From the NCBI GenBank assembly GCA_046292385.1, contig JBKBRF010000004.1:160001-224000 (forward strand): a stretch of DNA of 64,000 bases. The letters are read 5' to 3'. A program made the translations under genes and the position numbers. Below, piece after piece: positions 39,277 through 49,467 of this stretch; position 1 is the stretch's first letter; every line of letters begins with the position of its first letter. The stretch comes from Armatimonadota bacterium (GTDB taxonomy: Bacteria > Armatimonadota > SYMT01). The notes under the pieces are model-generated. The model was not told the DNA's origin. It did no database searches and was given only the letters and a program-made list of their open reading frames with translations.

Positions 39277-41067
39277 ATGCCTGACGGTCTTCGCCTGGCA
39301 CTACCCATCCTCATCGGGTACGTGCTCGGCTCCATTCCCTTCGGATACGTGGTCGTGCGCCTGATGCGCGGGATCGACATCCGGGAGTACGGGTCCCACA
39401 ACATCGGCGCCACCAACGTCCTGCGCGTGGTGGGGTGGTTTCCGGCGCTGCTCACGCTGCTGGGCGACATCGGCAAAGGCGCGGTGCCGCCGCTCCTGGC
39501 GGCTTCGAGTCTCTTCAGCGTGGGCCAGGTGAACGCGTGGGTGGTGGTCCTCTCCGCCCTGGCGGCGATCTGGGGCCACGCCTACTCCGGCTTCTTCTAC
39601 CTGCGGGAGCGCCGCTTCGCGCGCGGCAAGGCGGTAGCGACCGGCCTCGGCGCGGTGATCGGGTTCGTCGCCTCCGGGCAGGTCTGGTGGCCCGCCCTGG
39701 CCGCCGTGACCGCGGTCTGGTTCTCCGCCATCCTCCTGCCCCGGCTGGTGAGCGGCAAGCTCGGCTGGGTTTCGCTCGCCTCGATCCTCGCCGCGGTCTC
39801 GCTGCCGATCTGCTTCTGGATCGTGGGCGCTGCGTATCCGTACGTCCTCTTCGGCGCGGCCGCCGCGCTGTTCGTGACCTGGAAGCACAAGGAAAACATC
39901 GGGCGGCTGCTCGATGGCGTGGAGCCGCGCCTGGGGGAACGGCTGCCCCTGGCGGGAGTAGATGAGGACGAGCTGTCCTGCGCGTTCATGGTGCACGCCA
40001 TGACCCCAGACGATTGGTGGCAGACGCGGCGCTTCTCCTGGGCGGTACGACTGTATCGTGCCGGCCTCATCCCGCTGGGGGTTCTTAAGCGGCTGATGTA
40101 TTACGTGCGACCGATCAAGACCGATACGATCCGCGGCATCCGCGCCGCGGATGGCCGCACGGTAGAGGTCCACCTGATCGCCGTTCCCTGGCTCCCGGAG
40201 ATGATCAAGGCGAATCCGAAGATGGCGGTGGTCCGCGCGGCGCAGGCGGCGCGGGTAGGCCGCGACCTGGGCGCGCGCTGCATGGGCCTCGGCGCCTTCT
40301 GGAGCGTGGTGGGGAACAAGGGGAAGGAAGTGCAGGACGCCGCCCCCTTCATCCCGATCACCAACGGTGGAGGCTACACCGCCGGCAGCGTAAAGCAGGC
40401 GGTGCCGATGGTCTTTACCAAGCTGCGCGCGCGCGGCGTGGATCCGGAATCGGCCACCGCCGCCGTGGTGGGCGCGAACGGCGTGGTCGGTTTCGGAATC
40501 TGCCGTCAGCTCGCCGGACGCGTGCGGCGGCTGGTGATGGTGGGGACCGATGCCGAGCGGCTGGAGCGCTCCGCGGCGCGCCTCCGCCGCCGCGGCGGCC
40601 CTGCCGAGACCGAAGTGGTGGTGACCACCGACGTCGCCCTCTGCGACGAGGCCGACGTGATCTTCGCCGCCACCTCCACCGTGGAGCCGGTGCTGTTCCC
40701 GCCTCACGTGAAGCCCGGCGCCATCATTTACGACCTCGGCCGGCCCGCCGACGTGGACGACTCCGTGCTCGACGTCCCGGGTGTCTCCGTGATTCCGGGC
40801 GGCGTAGTCCGGCCTCCCGGTCGCATGGAGCACCGGCTCGACACCCACTTTGGCGAAGGGCAGATCCCGGCCTGTATGGCGGAGACGATCCTGATCGCCC
40901 TGGACGAGTGCTACGACCGCTGCAGCCTGGGCGAGGGCACTCGCGGCGAGGACATCGACTACTTCGTCGACCTCGCGGAGCGGCTCGGGTTCCAGGTGGT
41001 GGATGAAGCGATCCGGCCGCAAGAGCCGGCCCCCGCCACCGTGATGGCCCCCGTCCGCGCGAGCTAA
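39277..41067 (+). CDS. plsY: PlsY glycerol-3-phosphate acyltransferase fused to an acyl-ACP-reductase-like dehydrogenase
   Basis: GSIPFG, GSHNIGATN, GKAVAT, HKENI; then GLGAFWSVVG, TNGGGYT, VVGANGVVG, DLGRPADV, ACMAE. Confidence 0.85.
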   Translation: MPDGLRLALPILIGYVLGSIPFGYVVVRLMRGIDIREYGSHNIGATNVLRVVGWFPALLTLLGDIGKGAVPPLLAASSLFSVGQVNAWVVVLSALAAIWGHAYSGFFYLRERRFARGKAVATGLGAVIGFVASGQVWWPALAAVTAVWFSAILLPRLVSGKLGWVSLASILAAVSLPICFWIVGAAYPYVLFGAAAALFVTWKHKENIGRLLDGVEPRLGERLPLAGVDEDELSCAFMVHAMTPDDWWQTRRFSWAVRLYRAGLIPLGVLKRLMYYVRPIKTDTIRGIRAADGRTVEVHLIAVPWLPEMIKANPKMAVVRAAQAARVGRDLGARCMGLGAFWSVVGNKGKEVQDAAPFIPITNGGGYTAGSVKQAVPMVFTKLRARGVDPESATAAVVGANGVVGFGICRQLAGRVRRLVMVGTDAERLERSAARLRRRGGPAETEVVVTTDVALCDEADVIFAATSTVEPVLFPPHVKPGAIIYDLGRPADVDDSVLDVPGVSVIPGGVVRPPGRMEHRLDTHFGEGQIPACMAETILIALDECYDRCSLGEGTRGEDIDYFVDLAERLGFQVVDEAIRPQEPAPATVMAPVRAS

Positions 41068-41100
41068 CCCCGCCGGCGGGCTTTTTCTTCCATCGAATTC

Positions 41101-41156
41101 GGAACCAACGCGCCGTTTCTCCGTCTTATTAGATGGATGGCTAATTGTCTAATTGC
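41101..41156 (+). promoter_or_regulatory. ECF-type promoter with adjacent AT-rich ArsR operator candidate
   Basis: GGAAC-n16-CGTC followed by ATTAG...CTAAT inverted and direct repeats just upstream of sdpR. Confidence 0.5.
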
Positions 41157-41165
41157 GGGGAGCCG

Positions 41166-41495
41166 ATGGACCAGGTTTTCAAGGCGTTGGCCGATCCGAC
41201 GCGGCGCGAGATCTTGCGGCTGCTCGGCGGCGGAGAGCTGACCGCGGGGCAGCTCTGCGAGCGGTTCGAGATCAGCGCGCCGTCGATGTCGCACCACTTC
41301 AACGTGCTGAAGCAGGCGGATCTGATCAGCGCGCGCCGGGAGGGTCAGCAGATCTACTACGCGCTCAACACGACGGTGGCGCAGGATGCCCTGGCGGCGC
41401 TCTGGGACCTGCTCCAGCCGGCCGCGCGGTCATCCGCGGACCGGGTGCGCGCGCCGGCTGGGGATGCGACGAGAAAGGACGAGGTGGGACGATGA
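41166..41495 (+). CDS. sdpR: ArsR-family autorepressor, SdpR-like
   Basis: FKALADPTRREIL, SMSHHFNVLK, GQQIYYALNTTV. Confidence 0.85.
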   Translation: MDQVFKALADPTRREILRLLGGGELTAGQLCERFEISAPSMSHHFNVLKQADLISARREGQQIYYALNTTVAQDALAALWDLLQPAARSSADRVRAPAGDATRKDEVGR

Positions 41496-42145
41496 GGACC
41501 TGGACTTCGCTGGCGTTGAGCCTGGCGGCGGCACTTGGGGCACTCGCCTACGGGCTGGCGATCTACGGCGCGCTGCCGGAGCTGATCCCCACCCACTGGA
41601 ATCTGCAGGGCGAGGTGGATGGCTGGATGCCGAAGTCGCTGGCGGTCTGGCTGAGTCCCGCGCTCGCGATCGGGTTTACGCTGCTGATGCAGGGGCTGCG
41701 AGCGGTTTCGCCGGTGCGGTACCGGGTGGAGCCGTTCCTGCCGACGTTCAACTACGTCGTCCTCCTGGTGGCGGGGCTCTTGGCCTCCCTGCACGTGGTT
41801 TCACTGCAGGCGGCACTGCATCCGGACCTCGAGTCCGGGCGCGTGGTGGTCGGCGGGCTGCTGCTGTTCTTCGGACTGCTCTCCAACGTGCTGGGCAAGG
41901 TGCGGCGCAACTTCTGGGTCGGATTCCGGACGCCGTGGACGCTCGCGAGCGACCGGGTGTGGGTTGCCACCCACCGCCTGGCGGCCCGGCTCGGGGTGGT
42001 GGTGGGGATCGTGGGCGTGCTGATGCTCTGGCTCGGGGCGCCGGTGCCGCTGGCGTTCGTGCTGGTGGTAGCGTGGGTGGTCGTGCCGGTGGTCTACTCG
42101 CTGGTGGTCTACCGGCAGTGGGGCGGCGACGGGCAAGCCGCCTGA
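41492..42145 (+). CDS. sdpI: SdpI-family immunity membrane protein (DUF1648 + SdpI)
   Basis: IPTHWN...VDGW; NFWVGFRTPWTL...W...HR; coupled to sdpR. Confidence 0.85.
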   Translation: MRTWTSLALSLAAALGALAYGLAIYGALPELIPTHWNLQGEVDGWMPKSLAVWLSPALAIGFTLLMQGLRAVSPVRYRVEPFLPTFNYVVLLVAGLLASLHVVSLQAALHPDLESGRVVVGGLLLFFGLLSNVLGKVRRNFWVGFRTPWTLASDRVWVATHRLAARLGVVVGIVGVLMLWLGAPVPLAFVLVVAWVVVPVVYSLVVYRQWGGDGQAA

Positions 42146-42260
42146 GTGGGGTGGGAGGCAGTGAGGGGATTGCCTCCCGCGGACTGTGCTTTCCCGCGAA
42201 CCGTCCCCGCCTGAGCTTCGTTAGACTTCTGGAAACAAACCTGAGGCGAAGGAGCGTGCG

Positions 42261-44243
42261 ATGCGACTGGCTCGGTACCTGGCTCTCCCGCTGCTGCTGG
42301 CGCTGCCGGCGGCGGCCCAGCAGCAGGACGGCATCCTGCGGCAGGATGAGCGGCTTCAGAAGCGCGTGTCGGTGCGGTGGAAGAAGGCGACGCTGCATGA
42401 AGCGCTGGAGGAGTTGAGCCGTGCCACCGGCGCGCGCCTGACCCCCGCGCGGATGCTGGTGGACGAGCCGGTGATGGCCTCCGCCGCGAACGTGCCCGCG
42501 CACGAGGTGATGGAGCAGCTCGCGAAGCTGACGCACTTTACCTGGGCCCGGTCGGGCACCGACCCGATGAAGCCGACCTATCTCTTCTTCCAGGGCAAGG
42601 CGGCGCAGGACGAAGAGCAGGCGGAGATCGACGGCGCCAAGAGAGCGGTGCTGGAGGCGCTCAACCGCGAGGTGGAGAAGTACCGGCGCATCGCCAGCCT
42701 CTCGCCGGATCAGCTCGAGCAGGAGCTGCGGAAGTCGGACCAGCAGCTTTCCGCGCTCTTCCAGAACGGAGGCATCGCGAGCCTCGGCAGCAACGCCGCC
42801 GCCGGCCGTACGATGATGGACGGGATGGCGGTCCGGAGCGTCGCCTCTCCGCTCGGCCGGACTATGGTCCGCATGCTGGACGATCTTTCCCCCGCGGAGT
42901 GGCAGCAGCTCGAGAGCGGGGAGCCGATCGTCTACAGCACCGCGCCCCGCTCCGGAGAGCGCCACCTGGCGCCGGTCTACCGGGACAGCATTCGGGACGC
43001 GGCCCCGACCTTTCCGTTCCCCAAGGAGCTGTTCAACTCGTTCGGCGGGGGCGTTTCCAACGCCATCAACGAGCTCGAAGGCCGGATGAAGAACGAGTGG
43101 GGGAGGGCGACCGGTTACAAGATCAGCGTCAGCCTGAGCCTGAACATGGGCTCTCAGCCGGTCGGGATGCTGCGCGTAAGTCCTGAGCCGATGGGGGGAG
43201 ACGAGGACGTGGCGCCGATCTTTGCGGTCGCCGGCCTCACCATCGTCGGCGCGCCGCAGCTCCTGGAAGAGCCGGAGGAAGATCCGCAGGAGCGAGAGAA
43301 GCGCCTCGCCGCCGACCCTTTCCTGGGCAAGAAAGCGAAGCTGAAGCTGCCGCCGCTGGAGAAGCGGACCGGCTTTCTGGCGATGCTCGGCAACGCCTAC
43401 CGCGTGGCCGAGATCCTTCCGGCGGTGGAAGAGGCGTTCGGAGTGCCGATTGTCGCGGACGCGTACAACCGCAGCGCGATGGCGGTGATCCCGCCACCGG
43501 GAGACCAGGAACTGCCGCTCTTCAAAGTGCTGGATCAGATGGCGGGCAGCACGCGCCGCTGGGAGCGGGACGGGTCCGTGATCCGGCTGCGGAGCCGCAC
43601 CTGGGCACACGACCGCCGCGGCGAGATCCCGTCGCGCTATATGAAGCGGTGGCTGGAGGTGCGGGAGGCGAAGGACGGCTTCACGCTGGAAGACCTCGCG
43701 GAGATCGCCGCAATGCTCCGGGACGAGCAGGTCGAGTCGCTGATGTTCAGCGCCATGGAGCTCGGCTCGACCGACTTTACCGACTTCGTCATGATCAGCG
43801 CGAACCGGGAGATCCTGCGGTTCTACGGAAAGCTCCTCCCGCTCCAGCGGCAGCGCCTCTACAAGGGGGAGCCGATTCCGGTGCGGACCCTCTTTCCGTT
43901 CCAGCAGGCGCTGCTGGCGCGGGTGAACCGCGGGCAGAACCAGTCGCTCTTCTCGCTGGCGATGGGAGCCCGCGCGAGCCGCTCCCCGCAGGTTCTCGCC
44001 GCCGGCTCCATTAGCCTGGAGCGCGCGGAGCCGGGAGGAGGCGCCGCGCCCGCACAGCCCCGAGCGCGCGTGAGCATCAACGTCGGCGGCGCCGGGGCCA
44101 GCGGCAGCGTCAGCGGAATCGGCACCGTCTACACGCTGCGCATCCTGCTGCCGGACGGCCAGAAGGACGAGTTCCGGATCCCGCTCAGCAAACCCTCGCG
44201 CGTGCCGGCAGAGGCACCGGAACCGGTCGAGCGCAAGGAGTAG
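42261..44243 (+). CDS. Secreted hypothetical protein
   Basis: Signal peptide; 660 aa; host-like codon usage; family not recognised. Confidence 0.75.
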   Translation: MRLARYLALPLLLALPAAAQQQDGILRQDERLQKRVSVRWKKATLHEALEELSRATGARLTPARMLVDEPVMASAANVPAHEVMEQLAKLTHFTWARSGTDPMKPTYLFFQGKAAQDEEQAEIDGAKRAVLEALNREVEKYRRIASLSPDQLEQELRKSDQQLSALFQNGGIASLGSNAAAGRTMMDGMAVRSVASPLGRTMVRMLDDLSPAEWQQLESGEPIVYSTAPRSGERHLAPVYRDSIRDAAPTFPFPKELFNSFGGGVSNAINELEGRMKNEWGRATGYKISVSLSLNMGSQPVGMLRVSPEPMGGDEDVAPIFAVAGLTIVGAPQLLEEPEEDPQEREKRLAADPFLGKKAKLKLPPLEKRTGFLAMLGNAYRVAEILPAVEEAFGVPIVADAYNRSAMAVIPPPGDQELPLFKVLDQMAGSTRRWERDGSVIRLRSRTWAHDRRGEIPSRYMKRWLEVREAKDGFTLEDLAEIAAMLRDEQVESLMFSAMELGSTDFTDFVMISANREILRFYGKLLPLQRQRLYKGEPIPVRTLFPFQQALLARVNRGQNQSLFSLAMGARASRSPQVLAAGSISLERAEPGGGAAPAQPRARVSINVGGAGASGSVSGIGTVYTLRILLPDGQKDEFRIPLSKPSRVPAEAPEPVERKE

Positions 44244-44260
44244 CCCACCCGGCCCTCGCC

Positions 44261-44309
44261 GCACGTACACTCTCCCGACGCAGTTAGCGCGCCGGGAGAG
44301 TGTACGTGC
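44261..44309. terminator. 17-bp perfect hairpin after the stop codon
   Basis: GCACGTACACTCTCCCG ... CGGGAGAGTGTACGTGC. Confidence 0.6.
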
Positions 44310-44431
44310 GTCTTACGTTATTGGAAGTTAAAGAAGGGGGATTTGCGTCGACGTCGAATGATCGTCACAAGCACGGCGCGCAGGGAGCAATGCTGCTTCC
44401 GTCAACGTCCGTGTAGAGGAGATTCTCGACG

Positions 44432-45244
44432 ATGAGGCGCAGAGGCTTCACACTCATCGAGCTGCTCGTGGTAATCGCGATCATAGCAATCCTAGCGGCG
44501 ATTCTCTTCCCGGTCTTCGCCCAGGCTCGCGAGAAGGCGCGGCAGGCTTCCTGCCTGAGCAACCTGAAGCAGATCGGCGCAGGGCTGATGATGTACAGCC
44601 AGGACTATGACGAGGAGTATCCGATGGGCACCTACGGGAGCCCGCGGAACTGGGAAGTCAATCCGGACGTGGAAGGCAACCAGGGCTGGAACGACTGCAC
44701 CGGCTTATGGGCCGGCGTGAATCCCGGCGATGGCGGCGCGCCCCTGACCGGATGCGCCTACGGTGCGGACTTCTACCGCACCGTGGCCACGATCCAGATC
44801 GGCCCCTACACCAAGAACATGCAGATCTGGTACTGCCCGTCCGACCCGTATCGCCGCCCGAACCAGAACAACATCCGGCGCGGCCTGCAGTCGTACTTCT
44901 GGTTCCCGAACTGGGTGTTCAACACCTGGTGCCCGGGCAGCACCGCGGGCGCCAGCGGTCCGTATCCGTGCGTCCGGTATCCGGAGGGCTATCGGTCTCT
45001 GCACGACGATCCGCCGAGCGCCAGGACGGATCGGCCCGCCGAGCGGATCATCTTCTCGGAACGCGGGATGTTCGGGTGGTCGGGTCCGGATGCCCATGGC
45101 GGTCGGGCCCCGAACAACGACACCAACCACCAGATGGGCTACAACGCCCTCTACATGGACGGCCACGCCAAGCTGATCCCCTTCCGCAAGAAGTGGACCA
45201 CCGTCCCCGCCACCGGCTGGCCGCCGGAAGACGCGCCGCGCTAG
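44432..45244 (+). CDS. Prepilin-type N-terminal cleavage/methylation protein with H-X9-DG motif (DUF1559-like)
   Basis: [56 protein letters not shown]. Confidence 0.92.
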   Translation: MRRRGFTLIELLVVIAIIAILAAILFPVFAQAREKARQASCLSNLKQIGAGLMMYSQDYDEEYPMGTYGSPRNWEVNPDVEGNQGWNDCTGLWAGVNPGDGGAPLTGCAYGADFYRTVATIQIGPYTKNMQIWYCPSDPYRRPNQNNIRRGLQSYFWFPNWVFNTWCPGSTAGASGPYPCVRYPEGYRSLHDDPPSARTDRPAERIIFSERGMFGWSGPDAHGGRAPNNDTNHQMGYNALYMDGHAKLIPFRKKWTTVPATGWPPEDAPR

Positions 45245-45270
45245 GATTACGGCGTATCTGAAGCGTCAGC

Positions 45271-45307
45271 GCAGCGGCCGCCTTTCTCTCTGAGAGGCGG
45301 CCGCTGC
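45271..45307. terminator. GC-rich hairpin downstream of the prepilin-like gene
   Basis: GCAGCGGCCGCCT ... AGGCGGCCGCTGC. Confidence 0.55.
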
Positions 45308-45527
45308 GTGCTACTGGTCTGTCCAGTTGCCTCTCAGACGTGGGAGTCGGAGTAAGGGAGAGTGCGGGAGTGGGAGAGCCGCTCCCTCGCGGCTGTGATC
45401 AGGTTCCCGGTGAGCAGGTTCCAGGTTCCGAACCCCACCCATCGGGGAGCTCAACCCAACCTGCCACAGCGCGGCTGATGCCGCAACCAAGCTCATGGCG
45501 GCGGGAGAATGCTCGGTTAGTCGAGAT

Positions 45528-45800
45528 CAGCATCGCGGCGAGGGTCCACCCCGCGCCCTCCCCACCCGGAGCGGCCCTCCCGCGTGGGTGGCCCTCCGCG
45601 GCCCTTTCACGCTCCGGCTTCGCCTCCGCTAGCGGGCGCTGCGGGCGTGCTGCCCCAAGCGCTGCGTTCCGCGTCCGAAAGGGGCGTCTACAGCGAGACG
45701 GCGGTTCACGGACCGCTCCGGGCGGCTCAAGCGACCACCCCTCGCAGGGGTGGTCACAAGTGAAACCCTCCAGCTCTGCCTCCGGCAGCGCTTCCGGGCT
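45528..45800 (-). repeat. Structured intergenic element, copy D (most diverged)
   Basis: Reverse complement: TGTGACCACCCCT-GCG-AGGGGTGGTC, CCGTGAA, GTGAAAGGGCCGCGGAGGGC, CGCGGGAGGG; long-range pair rewritten to CCCGGAGCGGTCC / GGGCCGCTCCGGG. Confidence 0.8.
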
Positions 45801-45923
45801 CCTTAAGAGCACTCTCCGGCGAGAAACTGCACATCCCGGCAAAATCCTCACGGTGAGTTGTACGTCTCCGCCCCCCTTGCGAAAGCCACCTACTAATTCG
45901 GGGCTGACGGAGTACTACTGAGG

Positions 45924-46967
45924 ATGGAAGAGATGCTGCGGATAGGGATCATCGGGGCGGGCGGCATCGTGCGGACGCGGCACCTGCCGGGGCTGCGGGC
46001 GCTGCCGGAGGTGGCGGTCACCGCGGTCTGCAACCGCAGCCGCGAGAGCGGCGAGGCGGTGGCGCGGGAGTGGGGAATTCCCGAAGTGCTGACCGATTGG
46101 CGCGAGCTGGTGCGCCGCGGCGACCTCGACGCGGTGCTGATCGGCACCTGGCCGTACACCCATGCCGAAATGAGCATCGCCGCGCTGGAGGCGGGAAAGC
46201 ACGTCTTCTGCCAGGCGCGGATGGCCCGCACCGCCGCGGAAGCACGCGCGATGTTGGCGGCGGCCGACGCTCATCCTGCGCAGGTGGCGATGCTCTGCCC
46301 CCCGCCGCACGGGATGCGGGGCGATCGGCTGATGTGCCGTCTCCTCCGCGAGGGCTACCTCGGCGACCTGCGGGAGGTGCACGCGGAAGGTCTTTCGGAC
46401 GCGAACCTCGACCCGGAGGCGCCGCTCCACTGGCGCCAGGACTTCGAGCTCCAGGGGTACAACACCCTCACCCTCGGCATGTGGCTGGAGGTGATCCACC
46501 GGTGGGTCGGCCGGCACCGGCGGGTCTCGGCCATCGTCAAGACGCACGCGCCGGACCGGCGGGATCCGGCAACCAGCGAGCTCAAGCCGGTGCGGATTGC
46601 CGAGTCGCTGGCGATCTCCGCCGAGCTGGCGAACGGCGCCGTCGGCTCGTACCGGTTCAGCGGCGTCACGCTTCACCCGCCGGCGAACGCCATCCGGCTC
46701 TACGGCTCCGAGGGGACGATCCAGTACGACCTCACGACGGACGAGATCACCGGCGCCCGTCGGGGCGACGCGGCGCTCTCGCCGATCCCGGTACCGGCGA
46801 GCGAGGCCTGCGAGTGGACCGTGGAAGCGGACTTCGTCCGCGCCATCCGGGAAGGCGGCCCGGCCGAGCCCTCCTTCGCGGATGGCGTGCTCTACATGGA
46901 ATTCACCGAGGCGGTCTACCGCTCCGCGGAGAGCGGCCGGACGGTCGAGCTGCCGCTGCCTGAATAG
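45924..46967 (+). CDS. Gfo/Idh/MocA-family oxidoreductase
   Basis: IGIIGAGGI; AGKHVFCQARMA (variant of the EKP motif). Confidence 0.9.
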   Translation: MEEMLRIGIIGAGGIVRTRHLPGLRALPEVAVTAVCNRSRESGEAVAREWGIPEVLTDWRELVRRGDLDAVLIGTWPYTHAEMSIAALEAGKHVFCQARMARTAAEARAMLAAADAHPAQVAMLCPPPHGMRGDRLMCRLLREGYLGDLREVHAEGLSDANLDPEAPLHWRQDFELQGYNTLTLGMWLEVIHRWVGRHRRVSAIVKTHAPDRRDPATSELKPVRIAESLAISAELANGAVGSYRFSGVTLHPPANAIRLYGSEGTIQYDLTTDEITGARRGDAALSPIPVPASEACEWTVEADFVRAIREGGPAEPSFADGVLYMEFTEAVYRSAESGRTVELPLPE

Positions 46968-47030
46968 CTCCGGAGCTCTCAGCCGCGGCCGTGAGCCCCA
47001 GCCTGCGCCGGGTACTCTGTCCCGTCTCCG

Positions 47031-48491
47031 TCAGGCCAGGATCTGCGTGATCGGCTTGCCGATATCCATCTCCAGCCGCTTGCGGCCGGGGATCTCCATC
47101 GCGTGGGGGTCGAGGCCGAGCAGGTGGAGGACGGTGGCGTGGATGTCGGTCACGTAGTGGCGGTCCTGCACGGCGTGGAAGCCGAGCTCGTCCGTGGCGC
47201 CGTGGGTGACGCCGCCTTTTACGCCGGCGCCCGCCAGCCAGGCGCAGAAGCCCTGCGGGTGATGGTCGCGCCCCGTGCCTTCGGCGCCGGGGGAGCGCCC
47301 GAACTCAGTGCCCCAGACCACCAGCGTGTCGTCGAGCATCCCGCGCCGCTTCAGGTCTTTCAGCAGGCCGGAGATCGGCTTGTCCACCTGCTCCGCCAGG
47401 CGGGTGTGGTTGTTCTTGATCTCGGAATGCGCGTCCCACTCTCCGCCGCCCCCGCCGCCGTGGAAGAGCTGCACGTAGCGCACCCCGCGCTCCACCAGGC
47501 GCCGCGCCACCAGGCACTGCTCGCCGAAGGCGCGGGTCGACGGCTGGTCCAGCCCGTAGAGCTGCTTCGTCTCTTCGCTCTCCTGATCCAGCCGCACCGT
47601 TTCCGGCACTGCCTTTTGCATCAGGAACGCCAGCTCATACGCCTTGATCCGCGCGCGGAGGTTGGCGTCGTCCGGGTAGTCGATGCCGGCGAGCCGGTTG
47701 AGCCGGCCCAGCAGGCTGAACTCGGCCGCCTGTTCCTCGTCCAGGACTTCCGGACTGGCCGGCGAGATGAACGGAAGCGGGTTCTTCGGGTCGGTGGCCA
47801 GCCGCACCCCGGAGTATTCCGGGCCCAGGTAGCCCCCGCCGAAGGTCCAGGTCCCACCGCAGCAGTCGCCGGTCGGGGTGCCGAGCACCACGTACTCCGG
47901 CAGGTTCTCGTTGAGGCTGCCGAGCCCGTAGCTGATCCACGCGCCGATCGTCGGAATCCCGCCCTCGCGGGGATGGCGGCCGGTGTGCCAGGTGAGCTGG
48001 GCGCCGTGGTCGTTGTGAATCGTCCAGAGGGAGCGGACCACCGCCAGGTCGTCGGCGCACTCGCCGGTGTGCCGGAACCAGTCTCCCACCGGCAGGCCGC
48101 ACTCGCCGTACTGTCGGTAGCCGGTCTGCAGCGGCATGATCGTCTTGCGGTTCCCGTGGGCCGGGTTGCCGCCGACGATGTTCGCCTCCACCTTCTTCGG
48201 GTCGAGCACCCCGCGGTATGGCGTCTCCTCGATCGACTTCCCCGCGTACTTGTTCAGCTCCGGCTTTACGTCGAAGCTCTCCACGTGACTGACGCCGCCG
48301 CAGAGGAAGATCCAGATGACCGACTTCGCCTTCGGCGCGCGCGCCGGCTTACCGGCCGGGGCCGCCTGCGCCACGCCGTCCCGGAAGAGCATCGCTCCCA
48401 GCGCCAGGCCGGTAAAGCCCATGCCGGTATCGGCCAGGAACGAGCGGCGGGTCATGCCGCAGCCGGGGACTCTCGCGCGTCGCGGTTTCAT
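47031..48491 (-). CDS. DUF1501 family protein (Tat signal)
   Basis: TRRSFL; GGVSHVESFD; RRLVERGVR; WDAH; TEFGRSP; GRDHHP. Confidence 0.9.
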   Translation of the reverse strand: MKPRRARVPGCGMTRRSFLADTGMGFTGLALGAMLFRDGVAQAAPAGKPARAPKAKSVIWIFLCGGVSHVESFDVKPELNKYAGKSIEETPYRGVLDPKKVEANIVGGNPAHGNRKTIMPLQTGYRQYGECGLPVGDWFRHTGECADDLAVVRSLWTIHNDHGAQLTWHTGRHPREGGIPTIGAWISYGLGSLNENLPEYVVLGTPTGDCCGGTWTFGGGYLGPEYSGVRLATDPKNPLPFISPASPEVLDEEQAAEFSLLGRLNRLAGIDYPDDANLRARIKAYELAFLMQKAVPETVRLDQESEETKQLYGLDQPSTRAFGEQCLVARRLVERGVRYVQLFHGGGGGGEWDAHSEIKNNHTRLAEQVDKPISGLLKDLKRRGMLDDTLVVWGTEFGRSPGAEGTGRDHHPQGFCAWLAGAGVKGGVTHGATDELGFHAVQDRHYVTDIHATVLHLLGLDPHAMEIPGRKRLEMDIGKPITQILA

Positions 48492-48757
48492 CGCTGCCTC
48501 ACGTGACGATTCCAGTATCATCCCTGAGAGACAAGCCGGAGCCTGGAAAGTATCAGGAATCGTGCGCGGCCGCGTTACGCACGGGCCCAAAAGCACCCGA
48601 ATTGCCCGATGGTCGGCCGCCAATCGAGCGGTAGACGTTTTAAGCCTCGCCCTTCCTGGGAACGTTAGCCCGGGGCGTTAAGTGTAACCCGAACCCCTCC
48701 TTACGCAGCGCCCGCACGCGGGCCTGCTTGTATGAAGAATCCTGGAGGAACCACCAG

Positions 48758-49438
48758 ATGCGTTTGATGGCCATTGGCGCGGCTTTGCTGGGTCTGCTTG
48801 CCGCCGCCCCTGCCTCGGCTCAGGACGTGGAGCCGATCTCTACGGAGAACCGTGTCCGCCTGCCTAACTTCCTGGGCACTACTGGGTTGCTGTACACGCC
48901 CAGCGCTTACACCATCGGCGACCGCACCGGCGCCGCCCACATCCATGGCAACTCCGACTTCGTCGGCGGCGGCGTGCTGGCGGGCTTCAGCGACCGGTTC
49001 GAGCTCGGCGTCACCGTCCTCGACCTGGACGACGATATCGGCAGCGGAGACACCGAGTTCTTGCTGAACGGAAAGTTCCTGCTCCTGGAGGAGCGGGACA
49101 ACGTGCCGGCGATCTCGTTCGGTGTGATCGACGCCCTGAGCGAGCTGAACGGCGACGTGAGCTGGTACGTGGTGGCGAGCAAGTACTTCACCCGTGCCGA
49201 TACGGAGGAGGACTTTGCGCTGGTCGGCCACCTCGGCTACGGCGACGGAATCTTCGACGACAGCATCTTCGCGGGGGCGGAGCTGATCTTCAACCGGAAC
49301 TTCAGCGCGATGGCGGAGTTCCAGAACGACGACTTCAACGTCGGTGTCCGCGGCCGCTGGCGGGAGTTCGCCGCCACGGTCGGCCTGTTCGACCTGAAGC
49401 ACTTCGGTGCCGGCGTGAGCTACAACGCCCGCTTCTAA
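48758..49438 (+). CDS. Small outer-membrane beta-barrel, YjbH-like
   Basis: Signal peptide; GTTGLLYTPSA; amphipathic beta strands; terminal Phe. Confidence 0.75.
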   Translation: MRLMAIGAALLGLLAAAPASAQDVEPISTENRVRLPNFLGTTGLLYTPSAYTIGDRTGAAHIHGNSDFVGGGVLAGFSDRFELGVTVLDLDDDIGSGDTEFLLNGKFLLLEERDNVPAISFGVIDALSELNGDVSWYVVASKYFTRADTEEDFALVGHLGYGDGIFDDSIFAGAELIFNRNFSAMAEFQNDDFNVGVRGRWREFAATVGLFDLKHFGAGVSYNARF

Positions 49439-49467
49439 CGGCGTAAGCTCTACCGCGAGTAAGACCC

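Noticed and set aside
41166..42145. Complete sdp cannibalism toxin locus
   Set aside because: No sdpABC-like genes nearby; stand-alone sdpRI pairs are common
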